A stretch of 64,000 nucleotides of DNA from an uncultured Collinsella sp. (lineage in GTDB: Bacteria; Actinomycetota; Coriobacteriia; Coriobacteriales; Coriobacteriaceae). The stretch is from the NCBI GenBank assembly GCA_900539035.1, contig UQAU01000002.1, positions 20,771 to 84,770 of the forward strand, in the 5' to 3' direction. The position numbers and the translations under genes are program-made. Below the pieces are notes generated by a model, which was not told the DNA's origin, did no database searches, and was given only the letters and a program-made list of their open reading frames with translations. Shown here piece after piece: positions 40,455-49,526 of this stretch; the first letter of the stretch is position 1, and every line of letters starts with the position of its first letter.

Positions 40455-41228
40455 CTATCCCAGCTCCTGCATACGGCGGTAGATTTCGCAGATACCCTTG
40501 ATGGTGAGCTGTCCGTCGACCACGTCGAAGGCATCGGTCGAATCGGCGACGATGCTGGCGAGACCGCCCGTGGCGATAACGGTGGCATCCTCGCGGCCCA
40601 GCTCGCGCTTCATGCGCGCGACCAGGCCCTCAGCCATGGCGGCGGCGCCCGTTACGGCGCCGACCTTGATGCACTCCTCGGTATCGCGGCCGATGGCGTG
40701 CTCGGGCGCCTCGAGCGGCACGCTGGCGAGCTTGGCGGCACGGGCGGCAAGCGCGTCCATGGAGATGCGAATGCCCGGCGCGATCGCTCCGCCAATGTAA
40801 TAACCGTCCTCATCGATGACGTCGATATTGGTCGCGGTGCCAAAGTCCACCACGATTGCCGGCGCGCCGTAGAAAGTTTCGGCCGCAACGGCGTTAGCGA
40901 CGCGATCGGCGCCTACGGCTTGGGGACGCGCCGCGCGCAGCTTGGTCACCGCGGCCGTCTGCGGCCCGATGACGATGGCGTCCGCGGCAATGCGGTCGGC
41001 CACGGCGTGCCATTCGCGCGAGAGCTGCGGCACCACGCCGGCAAAGGCGATCGCGTCGACCGCGTCGAGCGAAAGGCCGTACATCTTAAAGAAACCCATC
41101 AGGCGCACATGGATCTCGTCGGCGGTATAGGAGCGGTCGGTGGGCATGCGCCACGACTGCACCAGCTCGTCTCCGTCAAACAGGCCCATGGCCGTCTGCG
41201 TGTTTCCCATATCGATAGCGAGCAGCAT
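40455..41228 (-). CDS. coaX: Type III pantothenate kinase
   Basis: MLLAIDMGNTQTAMGLF... plus ASKHA-fold motifs. Start moved to MLLAID (GGGAG RBS). The upstream 85 codons were discarded. Confidence 0.85.
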   Translation of the reverse strand: MLLAIDMGNTQTAMGLFDGDELVQSWRMPTDRSYTADEIHVRLMGFFKMYGLSLDAVDAIAFAGVVPQLSREWHAVADRIAADAIVIGPQTAAVTKLRAARPQAVGADRVANAVAAETFYGAPAIVVDFGTATNIDVIDEDGYYIGGAIAPGIRISMDALAARAAKLASVPLEAPEHAIGRDTEECIKVGAVTGAAAMAEGLVARMKRELGREDATVIATGGLASIVADSTDAFDVVDGQLTIKGICEIYRRMQELG

Positions 41229-41424
41229 GTCTACTCCCAGTGTTGGCATAAAAGGACGCGCACCATTGTATACGCGCCGCCGACGGCACTCGGCTGCGAT
41301 TCGTTTACGGTGATAGGGGCTGAGAGGTTTAAATATGAAGGAATTATGCTCCACGAGTTTTTCCTTGCCGTTTACCGAACTCCCGCGTAATATACTTTCT
41401 TGCGCACATGAGGCGCCCAGACAT

Positions 41425-41501
41425 TGCGGGGTGGAGCAGTCTGGTAGCTCGCCGGGCTCATAACCCGGAGGTCGTAGGTTCAAATCCTGCCCCCGCGACC
41501 A
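41425..41501 (+). tRNA. tRNA-Met (anticodon CAT) with initiator-like features (three G:C pairs closing the anticodon stem, non-Watson-Crick 1:72)
   Basis: Cloverleaf can be drawn by hand: acceptor TGCGGGG/CCCCGCG, D-arm GGAGCAGTCTGGTAGCTC, anticodon arm CCGGGCTCATAACCCGG, T-arm GGTTCAAATCC, 3' CCA. Confidence 0.85.
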
Positions 41502-41694
41502 AGACCTTTAGCAGCTCAGAGGCATTGTTCCTCTGGGCTGTTTTCTTTTATCTTGACAATGCAGCGAGGACTCCTGAGCGGAATATGAGCAGATTGCAAC
41601 GACCGCCAAGGCAAAACAGATGCCAATAAAACTAAAACCAGCTAAATAGAAGTGAAGAACCCGTAGAATCTTCCTCAGTGGAAAAGGCTATCAA

Positions 41695-44484
41695 GTGAGG
41701 GTCCGTATGCCAGGAAAGAAAGCCGATGCAGAAGCTTTTGCAAGCAGGTGGGCGAACAAGGGAAATGAGAACCAGGACACGCAACGGTTCTGGATCGACT
41801 TCTATCAGAATGTCCTGGGCGTGGAGGATGCGGTCTCGAGACTTGAGTTCGAGAAGCCCGTCTCCACCGATGCGAGCACGCACGATGGGTATATCGACGT
41901 CTTCATACCATCGGCCAAAACCCTTGTCGAGCAAAAGTCGCTGGGAATCGATCTCGCCAAGGAGGAGACGTGCCAGGGCCGCAAGGTGACGCCCGCGAAG
42001 CAGGGCAACGCCTACGCTCAGGGCATGCCCCTCTCCCAACAGCCTCGCTACATCATCGCTTGCAATTTTGCCGAGTTTTGGGTCTTCGACCGCGAGCGGG
42101 ACTCGCTATGCCGGGAGCCGCTTTTCAAGTTGCCGCTCGCCGAGCTCCCCAAGAACCTCGCTGCCATTCAGTTCCTCAAGGGCGGGGCGGAGGCCCCGGC
42201 CACGATCTCCCGCGCCGTTTCCGTCGAGGCCGGCAAGATCATGTCGAAACTCCATGACCAAGTCGCCGAGGCGTTCGATGACCCCGACACGCCCGAGAAT
42301 CACCATGCGCTCTCCGTGCTCATGACGCGCCTCATGTTCCTCATGTTCTGCGAGGACTCGGGACTCGTTGCCCCCAACGCCTTCCGCGACTACGTCTCGC
42401 ACTTCCAGGCGGGTGATCTCAGGCGAGGCCTCAAGGACCTTTTCGTTTGGCTCGACACCAAGGACGAGGACCGCGACAAGTACGCCGAGCCCTGGCTGAA
42501 GAAACTGCCCTACATGAACGGTGGCCTCTTCCGGGAGAAGACGGAGATTCCGCCCCTGTCCGAGAACTTCCGCCATACGCTCATCGTCGAGGGGTGCCAG
42601 GAGTTTGATTGGTCGGGCGTGAGCCCCACGGTCTTCGGCTCCATCTTCGAGGGCGCGCTGTCCCACGACCACCGCCGCGCAAACGGCCAGCACTTCACGA
42701 GCCCCGAAAACATCCACAAGGTCATAGACCCGCTCTTCCTCGACGGCCTCAAGGCTGAGTTCGAGGAGGCCCGTGTCAAGCCCGTCGCGGGCGGTGCGAG
42801 GACCCGTGCGCTCAAGGACCTGCATGAAAAGATCGGTAGCGTCTCTATCCTCGACCCGGCTGCCGGGTCAGGCAACTTCCTGACGGAGAGCTACCTGTGC
42901 CTGAGGCAGCTGGAGAACCGCATCCTCTTCGAGCTCCAGGGTGAGCAGACGTCATTCAGCTTTGAGGATTCCGGCGATCGCGACGTGCTGGTCAACCTAA
43001 AGAACTTCCATGGTATTGAGCTGGAGGACTTCGCTTGCTGCGTTGCCCGCACGGCTCTCTGGATCGCCGAGAAGCAGGCGGACGCTGACACCGCAAAAGT
43101 GACGCAGCGCGTCTACCAGGAACTTCCGCTCACGGACTATGAGGGCATCGTTAACGCGAATGCCCTTCGTATCGACTGGAATGACGTCGTATCAGCGGAT
43201 GAGGTCGATTATGTGCTCGGAAATCCTCCTTTTATAGGCAGTTCGCGCCTTGAAGACGCTCAAAAGGAAGATAGGAAGGCGATTTTTGGCAAATCCGCTG
43301 GTTTGCTCGACTATGTTGCATGCTGGCATAAGAAAGCGGCTGAATATATGGATGGGCATCGTGTTCGATGTGCATTCGTTTCAACTAACTCTATCTGTCA
43401 GGGACAGCAGGTTGAGCCCCTGTGGAAGCCCCTGTTCGACAATGGCGTTCATATCGATTTCGCCTATAAAACGTTCGTTTGGGATTCCCAAGCATCTGAT
43501 AAAGCGAATGTCCATGTTGTCATTGCCGGATTTTCTAAAAGTCCCGATATACAACCTCTACTGTTTAGCTCAACGGGTGCAACAAAAGCGGACAACATCA
43601 ACGGCTACCTCTCGAATGCTCCGGACGTTTTTGTCGAAAAGCGAAGGCAGCCCCTCTGCTCTGTTCCGAAGATGTCGCGAGGTGGCGGCGCTGGTGATTG
43701 GGGATTTTTAACCCTCGATGAGGCTGAGGCACATCGTTTACTGACTTCATATCCTGCTCTCGAACAGTACATTAGGCCATTTTCAATGGGATCTGAGTTT
43801 ATCAAGGGCATTAACAGGTATTGCTTGTGGTTTGCTGGACTATCGGGAGCCGAGCTATCCAAACTTCCCAAAGAAATAAGGGATCGGTTCGATGAAATCC
43901 GCAAACTAAGGTTGGCTTCTCCGCGTTCTGGCACGCAAAAGAGAGCCTGTGCCCCGTGGGAGTTCGATGAGGTTAAAGCGCCTGCCGATGGCGCATTCCT
44001 GGCCGTTCCACAGGTGTCTTCCGGACGGAGGAAATACATTCCGGTCGGATTCATAACCAACGGCACTATTCCTGGAAACAAGCTCTTTTTTGTCGAAGAG
44101 GCGGATTTGTATGATTTTGGAATCATCTCAAGTCAGTTTCACAACGCATGGATGAGGCAGGTTGCTGGACGCTTAAAGAGCGATTATCAATACTCGAACA
44201 CTATCGTCTATAACAATTTTGTCTGGCCTTCTCCATCTGCGAGTCAGAAGGATGAGATACGCCAGTGTGCTAGGGATGTGCTTGAGGCGAGAAACGCTCA
44301 ACGCGGGGCAACTCTTGCCGACATGTATAGCCCCGATAAAGCCCTCTTCTTCTCCGATCTCATGAAGGCTCATGCACGGCTCGACGCTGCTGTCGAATCT
44401 GCCTATGGCGTTGATTTTGGCGGAGATGAAGAGAGGGTTGTTTCGCATCTATTCAAGCTTTATGCCGAGAAGGTCGGTGAGTAG
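41695..44484 (+). CDS. MmeI-family type IIL (IIG) restriction-modification enzyme, single polypeptide with N-terminal nuclease, gamma-class N6-adenine MTase and TRD
   Basis: N-terminus FWIDFYQNVLGV...GYIDVFIPSAKTLVEQKSLGIDL matches the MmeI N-terminus from memory. Central NANALRIDWNDV...VLGNPPFIGS...RCAFVSTNSICQGQQVEPLWKPLF and C-terminal YQYSNTIVYNNFVWP are near-identical in pattern to MmeI. 929 aa, against 919 for MmeI. Confidence 0.85.
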   Translation: MRVRMPGKKADAEAFASRWANKGNENQDTQRFWIDFYQNVLGVEDAVSRLEFEKPVSTDASTHDGYIDVFIPSAKTLVEQKSLGIDLAKEETCQGRKVTPAKQGNAYAQGMPLSQQPRYIIACNFAEFWVFDRERDSLCREPLFKLPLAELPKNLAAIQFLKGGAEAPATISRAVSVEAGKIMSKLHDQVAEAFDDPDTPENHHALSVLMTRLMFLMFCEDSGLVAPNAFRDYVSHFQAGDLRRGLKDLFVWLDTKDEDRDKYAEPWLKKLPYMNGGLFREKTEIPPLSENFRHTLIVEGCQEFDWSGVSPTVFGSIFEGALSHDHRRANGQHFTSPENIHKVIDPLFLDGLKAEFEEARVKPVAGGARTRALKDLHEKIGSVSILDPAAGSGNFLTESYLCLRQLENRILFELQGEQTSFSFEDSGDRDVLVNLKNFHGIELEDFACCVARTALWIAEKQADADTAKVTQRVYQELPLTDYEGIVNANALRIDWNDVVSADEVDYVLGNPPFIGSSRLEDAQKEDRKAIFGKSAGLLDYVACWHKKAAEYMDGHRVRCAFVSTNSICQGQQVEPLWKPLFDNGVHIDFAYKTFVWDSQASDKANVHVVIAGFSKSPDIQPLLFSSTGATKADNINGYLSNAPDVFVEKRRQPLCSVPKMSRGGGAGDWGFLTLDEAEAHRLLTSYPALEQYIRPFSMGSEFIKGINRYCLWFAGLSGAELSKLPKEIRDRFDEIRKLRLASPRSGTQKRACAPWEFDEVKAPADGAFLAVPQVSSGRRKYIPVGFITNGTIPGNKLFFVEEADLYDFGIISSQFHNAWMRQVAGRLKSDYQYSNTIVYNNFVWPSPSASQKDEIRQCARDVLEARNAQRGATLADMYSPDKALFFSDLMKAHARLDAAVESAYGVDFGGDEERVVSHLFKLYAEKVGE

Positions 44485-44485
44485 C

Positions 44486-45400
44486 GTGAAGGGGAACGTC
44501 ATAAAGCCGAAGGGGGAGACGATACCATCCGAACCCGATTCCGTGAAGGGGAGCATTGGAGATCTAAGGGCCGAGGCCGATCGACAGGAGGAGGAAGCCC
44601 AAAGATATGCCATCGCCTTCCTCAAGAAGGTTATGAGGCTGAAAGGCGTGGCAATCGAGCGCGACCATTTCCTCCGCTCAGAGTTTCGTAAGCGGGGCGT
44701 TGCGGACGAGCAGGTAGAGCTCGCGATTTCAACGAGCCCAGCCGCCGCCGGGATGGATTCTGACCTTGTCGACTCCATCGCGAGGGACGTCATTGATTTC
44801 GAGACGAAGAAATCGACCGTCCTTTCGTTCTCCGCGGGATTGCCCGGCGGGCTCGCGATGCTCGGAACGATCCCGGCGGACGTGACGCAGTACTATGTCC
44901 ACGCCTTTCGAATCATGCAGAAGCTGGCGTATCTCTACGGCTGGCAGTCATTTATCGACGATTGCGACGAGATGGACGATGAGACCTTGGCGGCCTTCGC
45001 CCTTCTCCTGGCCGTGATGGCCGGCGTGAGCGGTGCCAACTCCGCCTTGACGGCGTTTTCCAAAACGGTTCAGGCCAATGTGGCCAAGAAGGTCGCCAAC
45101 AAGGCGCTTATGCAGACAAGTTACTACCCGATTATCAAAAAGGTCCTTGCCGGGATCGGCGTCAAGATCACCAAAAGCAGTTTCGGCGACGTGGTGAGCA
45201 AAGTCGTTCCGGTCGTCGGCGGGTTCATCTCGGGAGGCCTCACGTTCGTCAGCCTCAAGGGCGGGTCGAGGAGACTTGCAGGGGAGCTCAGGTCATTGCC
45301 GCAGGCGACAGGTCCCTTGACCGCAGCGGCGGTTGATTCTTTTACTGATTTTGCCGAAATGAAGGGGATGACGAGCGATGACGATGCCCAAATGGCATGA
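44486..45400 (+). CDS. EcsC-family protein (hypothetical), translationally coupled to the RM gene
   Basis: GTG start 2 nt after the RM stop. Motif SAGLPGGLAMLGTIPADVTQYYVHAFRIMQKLAYLYGW resembles the EcsC core (GGMSGTGG...PA....V.....GSAYGYD) as recalled from B. subtilis EcsC. Confidence 0.45.
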   Translation: MKGNVIKPKGETIPSEPDSVKGSIGDLRAEADRQEEEAQRYAIAFLKKVMRLKGVAIERDHFLRSEFRKRGVADEQVELAISTSPAAAGMDSDLVDSIARDVIDFETKKSTVLSFSAGLPGGLAMLGTIPADVTQYYVHAFRIMQKLAYLYGWQSFIDDCDEMDDETLAAFALLLAVMAGVSGANSALTAFSKTVQANVAKKVANKALMQTSYYPIIKKVLAGIGVKITKSSFGDVVSKVVPVVGGFISGGLTFVSLKGGSRRLAGELRSLPQATGPLTAAAVDSFTDFAEMKGMTSDDDAQMA

Positions 45401-46316
45401 GACCATGCGGCCCATCCTTGAAGCGCTGGCGCATGTCGATGGATATCTGGCCGGCACCGACCTCCAGGATGCCGTGGCGATCGAATTCGACATGACCGAT
45501 GACGAACGGGCCGAGCGTCTTAAGAGCGGCCAGTCGAGACTCTACAACCGCGTGTACTGGGGTATCACCGATTTGGAGAAGGCTAAGCTTCTGGAATACG
45601 GCGAGAAGAAGGGAACCTACCGTATCACCGATGCCGGCAGGACGTACCTCTCTGATTATCCCGGACCCATTACAGCCAAGGGTCTCTATGAGAACTGCAC
45701 GGCATTCAAGAAGTGGAAAGACGGCTATCAGGCCGCAAGCAAGGCCAAAAACGCTTCAGAGCCCGAGGGCGTTTCGACGCTGGAGGACCAGGAGTCCCCT
45801 CAGGAGGCGATGGAGTCTGCCTACGGCGAGATTCGCGACGCGCTCGCCGACGACCTCATTTCGATCATCATGGGAAAAGATCCGTATTTCTTCGAGCACC
45901 TGGTCGGAAAGCTGCTCGTGGCGATGGGTTACGGCGAGAGCCTGGACTCCCGTGCCGACGTCACCAAAAAGAGTGGTGACGAGGGGATAGACGGCGTCGT
46001 CCGTGAGGACCGACTCGGATTCGGAACCATCTGCTACCAGGCTAAGCGGTGGGATCCGCAAAGGACGGTCGGACGGCCGGAGGTTCAGGCATTCGTCGGG
46101 GCGCTTTCCGGAAAGGGCGTATCGAAGGGCCTTTTCATCACCACGGCTCGCTTCTCCAAGGATGCCCGCAAATATGCTGAGGGCCTCCTGGGGCAGACGG
46201 TCGTGCTCGTCGACGGCCCCGCGCTCGCCGGCCTCATGATCGACTACGGCGTCGGCGTGAGCACGAGACAGGTCTACGAGATCAAGGCCGTTGACACCGA
46301 TTTCTTCGACGAATAG
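45378..46316 (+). CDS. mrr: Mrr-family type IV (modification-dependent) restriction endonuclease
   Basis: Mrr_N winged helix (MPKWHETMRPILEAL...) plus Mrr_cat PD-(D/E)xK domain (...DEGIDGVV...ICYQAKRW...). Confidence 0.8.
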   Translation: MTMPKWHETMRPILEALAHVDGYLAGTDLQDAVAIEFDMTDDERAERLKSGQSRLYNRVYWGITDLEKAKLLEYGEKKGTYRITDAGRTYLSDYPGPITAKGLYENCTAFKKWKDGYQAASKAKNASEPEGVSTLEDQESPQEAMESAYGEIRDALADDLISIIMGKDPYFFEHLVGKLLVAMGYGESLDSRADVTKKSGDEGIDGVVREDRLGFGTICYQAKRWDPQRTVGRPEVQAFVGALSGKGVSKGLFITTARFSKDARKYAEGLLGQTVVLVDGPALAGLMIDYGVGVSTRQVYEIKAVDTDFFDE

Positions 46317-46336
46317 CGCGTGTCTGCAACGCGCCG

Positions 46337-47086
46337 CTACCGCGCGCCCTTCCGCCCGTTGCATTTCGAGCAGAGCACCTGCAGGTTGGATGGAACGGTC
46401 TTGCCGCCCTTCGCGACCGGCACGATATGGTCGACGTGCAGGCCCACGCCGTCCGGCATGTATTTCCCGCATATCTGGCAGGTGTAGTTGTCCCGGCGGG
46501 CGATCTGCTCGCGCAGCTGCTTCGTCATCAGCCTTCGCTGGTTCCTGGCGTGATAGTCCCTGAGCGTCGCCTCGTCGTTGATGGCGGCGAGGCGGATGCG
46601 GCGCTCGACGATCCACTCCCAGTTCACGTCAAGCTCGGAATCATCCATCGACACCTTGTAGGACGTCTTCACGTAGTTGGCCTGCTTGTACCTCGTCTGG
46701 TCGCGGCAGGTGATGAACCTAAAGGCCCTGTCATCGTCGACCGCCTCGGCGTACTGACGCTCGCGCCGGCTGCGGAGCCGGCAGGTTTTCAGATACTCTT
46801 CTTGCTCGTGCTTCCAGTTCTGGATGTATGCCCTATGGGCGACGATGGCGTCCCAACCGGCCGGGTCCATCAGGTGACGGTCGATGTAGTCCTCGATCCT
46901 CACGTTGCGCCTGCCAGACACATCGAAGCGGGCCACGTAGTAGGGATACCTAAAGGGGCTCGCCAGAATCCTGCGAACCAGGACCGCGATTGCACATACC
47001 AGGGCTATGGCCAGCACGCCGAGAACGAAATGGGGCGTCAGGTCGACTATATAGTGGTACCCGTCTATCTCATAGAGCTGAGTCAT
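46337..47086 (-). CDS. Membrane-anchored HNH endonuclease
   Basis: N-terminal TM (FVLGVLAIALVCAIAVLV) and C-terminal HNH motif CQICGKYMPDGVGLHVDHIVPVAKGGKTVPSNLQVLCSKCN. Start at MTQLYEID is preceded by GGAAGGAAG. Confidence 0.7.
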   Translation of the reverse strand: MTQLYEIDGYHYIVDLTPHFVLGVLAIALVCAIAVLVRRILASPFRYPYYVARFDVSGRRNVRIEDYIDRHLMDPAGWDAIVAHRAYIQNWKHEQEEYLKTCRLRSRRERQYAEAVDDDRAFRFITCRDQTRYKQANYVKTSYKVSMDDSELDVNWEWIVERRIRLAAINDEATLRDYHARNQRRLMTKQLREQIARRDNYTCQICGKYMPDGVGLHVDHIVPVAKGGKTVPSNLQVLCSKCNGRKGAR

Positions 47087-47246
47087 GGCATTCTTCCTTC
47101 CCCAAGGATGGCAAAATGATACCAAGACGCGGGTCTTCCGGATCGCGGGCGCTTTCCACGCGGTACACCCATGCCCCTCCGTCCGGACACCGCACACCGA
47201 ACCCCCACACCACGTTCGCTTTACAATCAAGAACATTCGTTCGACA

Positions 47247-47606
47247 ATGAAGCCCGTGAGATACAAACGGATGTTCGGGGGTACGCGCATGATCATGAAA
47301 AAGCACTCGCTTGCGGGAACCTGCGGCATACCCACCGATGCACAGCGCATCTACATCCCCGTGGACGCCAACGGCGCGGACGACCCCGACCACGGCCCGT
47401 CCGATCCCGTCACCATCCACTGGCCGGACGGCCGCAGTTGGAAGGTTGAGAGCATCTACGCCCGCCAGGAGTTCGGCCGCGCCATCTTCGGTAACCTCTG
47501 TGTGCGTTACGACGTCTGCATCGCGAGGCAGCGCAAAACGGTCTGGTGGGAGCACGGCGACTGGTTCGTCGAGCGCGGTGGCGGCATGGCGGTGACGCCC
47601 GAGTGA
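47247..47606 (+). CDS. Hypothetical small protein, paralog A (WPDGR-motif family)
   Basis: Shares ...ADG....PV.I.WPDGR.W.V..I... with the next ORF. Start uncertain (47247, 47289 or 47295). The ORF-track start overlaps the HNH gene on the opposite strand. Confidence 0.35.
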   Translation: MKPVRYKRMFGGTRMIMKKHSLAGTCGIPTDAQRIYIPVDANGADDPDHGPSDPVTIHWPDGRSWKVESIYARQEFGRAIFGNLCVRYDVCIARQRKTVWWEHGDWFVERGGGMAVTPE

Positions 47607-48004
47607 TGGGCCACACAAAGGACTTCGGCGGCGGCATCACCGTTCGCGCCAACGGCGACAAGCCCGGCAGACGCGTCCATAAGCAGTACGTAGACGTCTA
47701 CGCCCGCACTAACGCCGACGGAACGACGGTGCCTGTCCGCGTCTGCTGGCCGGACGGCCGCGGCTTCACGATCGACCAAATCATTCGAATAGACCCCTTC
47801 GGCGCGGTCATCCACGACGCGCAGACGGCGGTCTACACGGTGCGCTTCGGCGGCTGGACCACTCAGCTCATGCTGGAGCACTACCACAGGGAGGACCCCA
47901 TTCACGGGGCAGATGACCGCCTGCGATGGTGGGTCTGGGCGTTCGAGAACACCCGCTCGAAGAACGACGTTTCCGCACCGCCTGCCGACACGCGCGTCCG
48001 GTGA
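47606..48004 (+). CDS. Hypothetical small protein, paralog B (WPDGR-motif family)
   Basis: The ATG shares a base with the paralog A stop (TGATG). PVRVCWPDGRGFTIDQII... aligns to paralog A. Confidence 0.4.
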   Translation: MGHTKDFGGGITVRANGDKPGRRVHKQYVDVYARTNADGTTVPVRVCWPDGRGFTIDQIIRIDPFGAVIHDAQTAVYTVRFGGWTTQLMLEHYHREDPIHGADDRLRWWVWAFENTRSKNDVSAPPADTRVR

Positions 48005-48047
48005 ACGCGGGTTGGGTCGTCATGCGGAACGCAGAGGGTGACGTCGG

Positions 48048-48278
48048 CTAGAGCCAAGCTCCGGTCCACTCGCTCCGGTTCCTCGTCGCCGCGAGGAGCG
48101 CACCGCATGCCGCGAGCAGTTCGTAGTCCGCGATCCTGATCCCGACCGACATGGCCTCGGCGAGGACTTCAATCCCTCTGCCATAATCCTCGATCTCGGA
48201 GAATACCCCGATACCGTCCATGAGCCGCAGGGCGGCTTCGCTCGGCCCGTCCCCCGTCGTGACGTGACGTTCTTCCAT
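48048..48278 (-). CDS. Hypothetical small protein (76 aa), weak
   Basis: ORF only. No motif. Confidence 0.2.
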   Translation of the reverse strand: MEERHVTTGDGPSEAALRLMDGIGVFSEIEDYGRGIEVLAEAMSVGIRIADYELLAACGALLAATRNRSEWTGAWL

Positions 48279-48592
48279 GCCGAAACAATCCTCTCTATGC
48301 TAGAAAGGCGATGATAGCAGGTGCTGTCCGGGCCAGCGTAAACCGCGTTTTACGTTTTACGGCATCCGCTGACGGCGGCCACGGCTCCGTGGCCGGGTGA
48401 TGCCTCCGCTGCGCCCTGTAAAGGCCGCTCCATGAGGCCCCGCACAAACCTCCGCTCCGCTCCGGTTGGTGGAGGCCGTCATGGAGGACCTTGACAGGCC
48501 TTCGCTCCGGCATGGCTTTGCAGGGAGCAAAGCCGACGACGACGCGCGGCGTCGCCATTCGGCTTTGCCCGCAGGGGCGAGATGTTAGGGCC

Positions 48593-48919
48593 ATGCGCCC
48601 GGAGACGGAGGAAGACATGCAGCAGCTGATGACCGAGGAGATGGCCGGGAGGCTCCCGAGGCTCTACGAGCAGGACGGTGCCGGCGACCCCGTCGCGTAC
48701 GTCCACTATTTCTCGTGCTTGAGCGGGTGGGACTGGTGGCTCACCGAGTACGACCCCGCCACGGGCGAGGCATTCGGGCTCGTGCGCGGGTTCGAGACGG
48801 AGTGGGGCTATTTCAGCGTGCGGGAGATGGAGCGCCTCAACCGTGAGAAGGGGTTCGAGGCCATCGAGCGCGACGAGCATTTCGAGCCCGCGCCGGCGAG
48901 TAGGTTCGAGGGGAGATAG
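48593..48919 (+). CDS. DUF2958-like small protein, common on conjugative and mobilizable elements
   Basis: Motif YVHYFSCLSGWDWWLTEYDPATGEAFGLVRGFETEWGYFSVREMERL recalled as the DUF2958 signature (W.WY.TE.D......FG.V.G.E.E.GYFSL.EL). Confidence 0.45.
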   Translation: MRPETEEDMQQLMTEEMAGRLPRLYEQDGAGDPVAYVHYFSCLSGWDWWLTEYDPATGEAFGLVRGFETEWGYFSVREMERLNREKGFEAIERDEHFEPAPASRFEGR

Positions 48920-48923
48920 CGCG

Positions 48924-49526
48924 ATGGTCACGGTCGATTTCGATTTCATGGGCGAGGCGGTCCGCCTCGCCCTCGTGGCCGATGAGTACGTGGGCGGCGG
49001 CCTGGCCGTCCTCCTCCTCGACGCCACGGACCCGCGTTCCGAGGGCTACATGGCCGGGTGGGGCGTGCTCACGGCGAACGTGCCGTCGGCGGCCGAGTGG
49101 TGCCGCGGGCACGGCAACATCGCCATCGACGCCGCGGTGCCCGCGGCGCTCCTCGAGGCGCTCGAGGCCGCCGGCATGCTCCGCATGGCCGCCCGCTCGG
49201 CGGCGTCCGGGATGGCCCGCTACCCGCTTGCCACGGTCGTCGGGCACGCCCTCGCCGACATGGGCGGCCTGCCCGAGACCTTGGAGGAGGCCCTCGGCTC
49301 GACGGTCGTCGTCGAGTACGAGTCGGGCGGCGACGGCGGCGCGTTCGAGGTGGGGACCGCACCGGCGGGCTCGGCCGAGCTCGAGCGCCTCGTCGCCGCC
49401 GCGAGGTCCGAGGCCGACGCGCTGGCAGCCGCCGGCGGATGGGCGGCCGTCCGGGTCGGTTTCGGGGACGCCGAGACCATCGACTGCGAGGCGGGCCGAA
49501 CGGTCTACGCGACCGGGGCGGAATAG
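48924..49526 (+). CDS. Hypothetical acidic protein (possibly DUF4313-like) co-transcribed with the DUF2958 gene
   Basis: GGGAGA RBS and a 5-nt gap after the previous stop. No confident family. Confidence 0.4.
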   Translation: MVTVDFDFMGEAVRLALVADEYVGGGLAVLLLDATDPRSEGYMAGWGVLTANVPSAAEWCRGHGNIAIDAAVPAALLEALEAAGMLRMAARSAASGMARYPLATVVGHALADMGGLPETLEEALGSTVVVEYESGGDGGAFEVGTAPAGSAELERLVAAARSEADALAAAGGWAAVRVGFGDAETIDCEAGRTVYATGAE

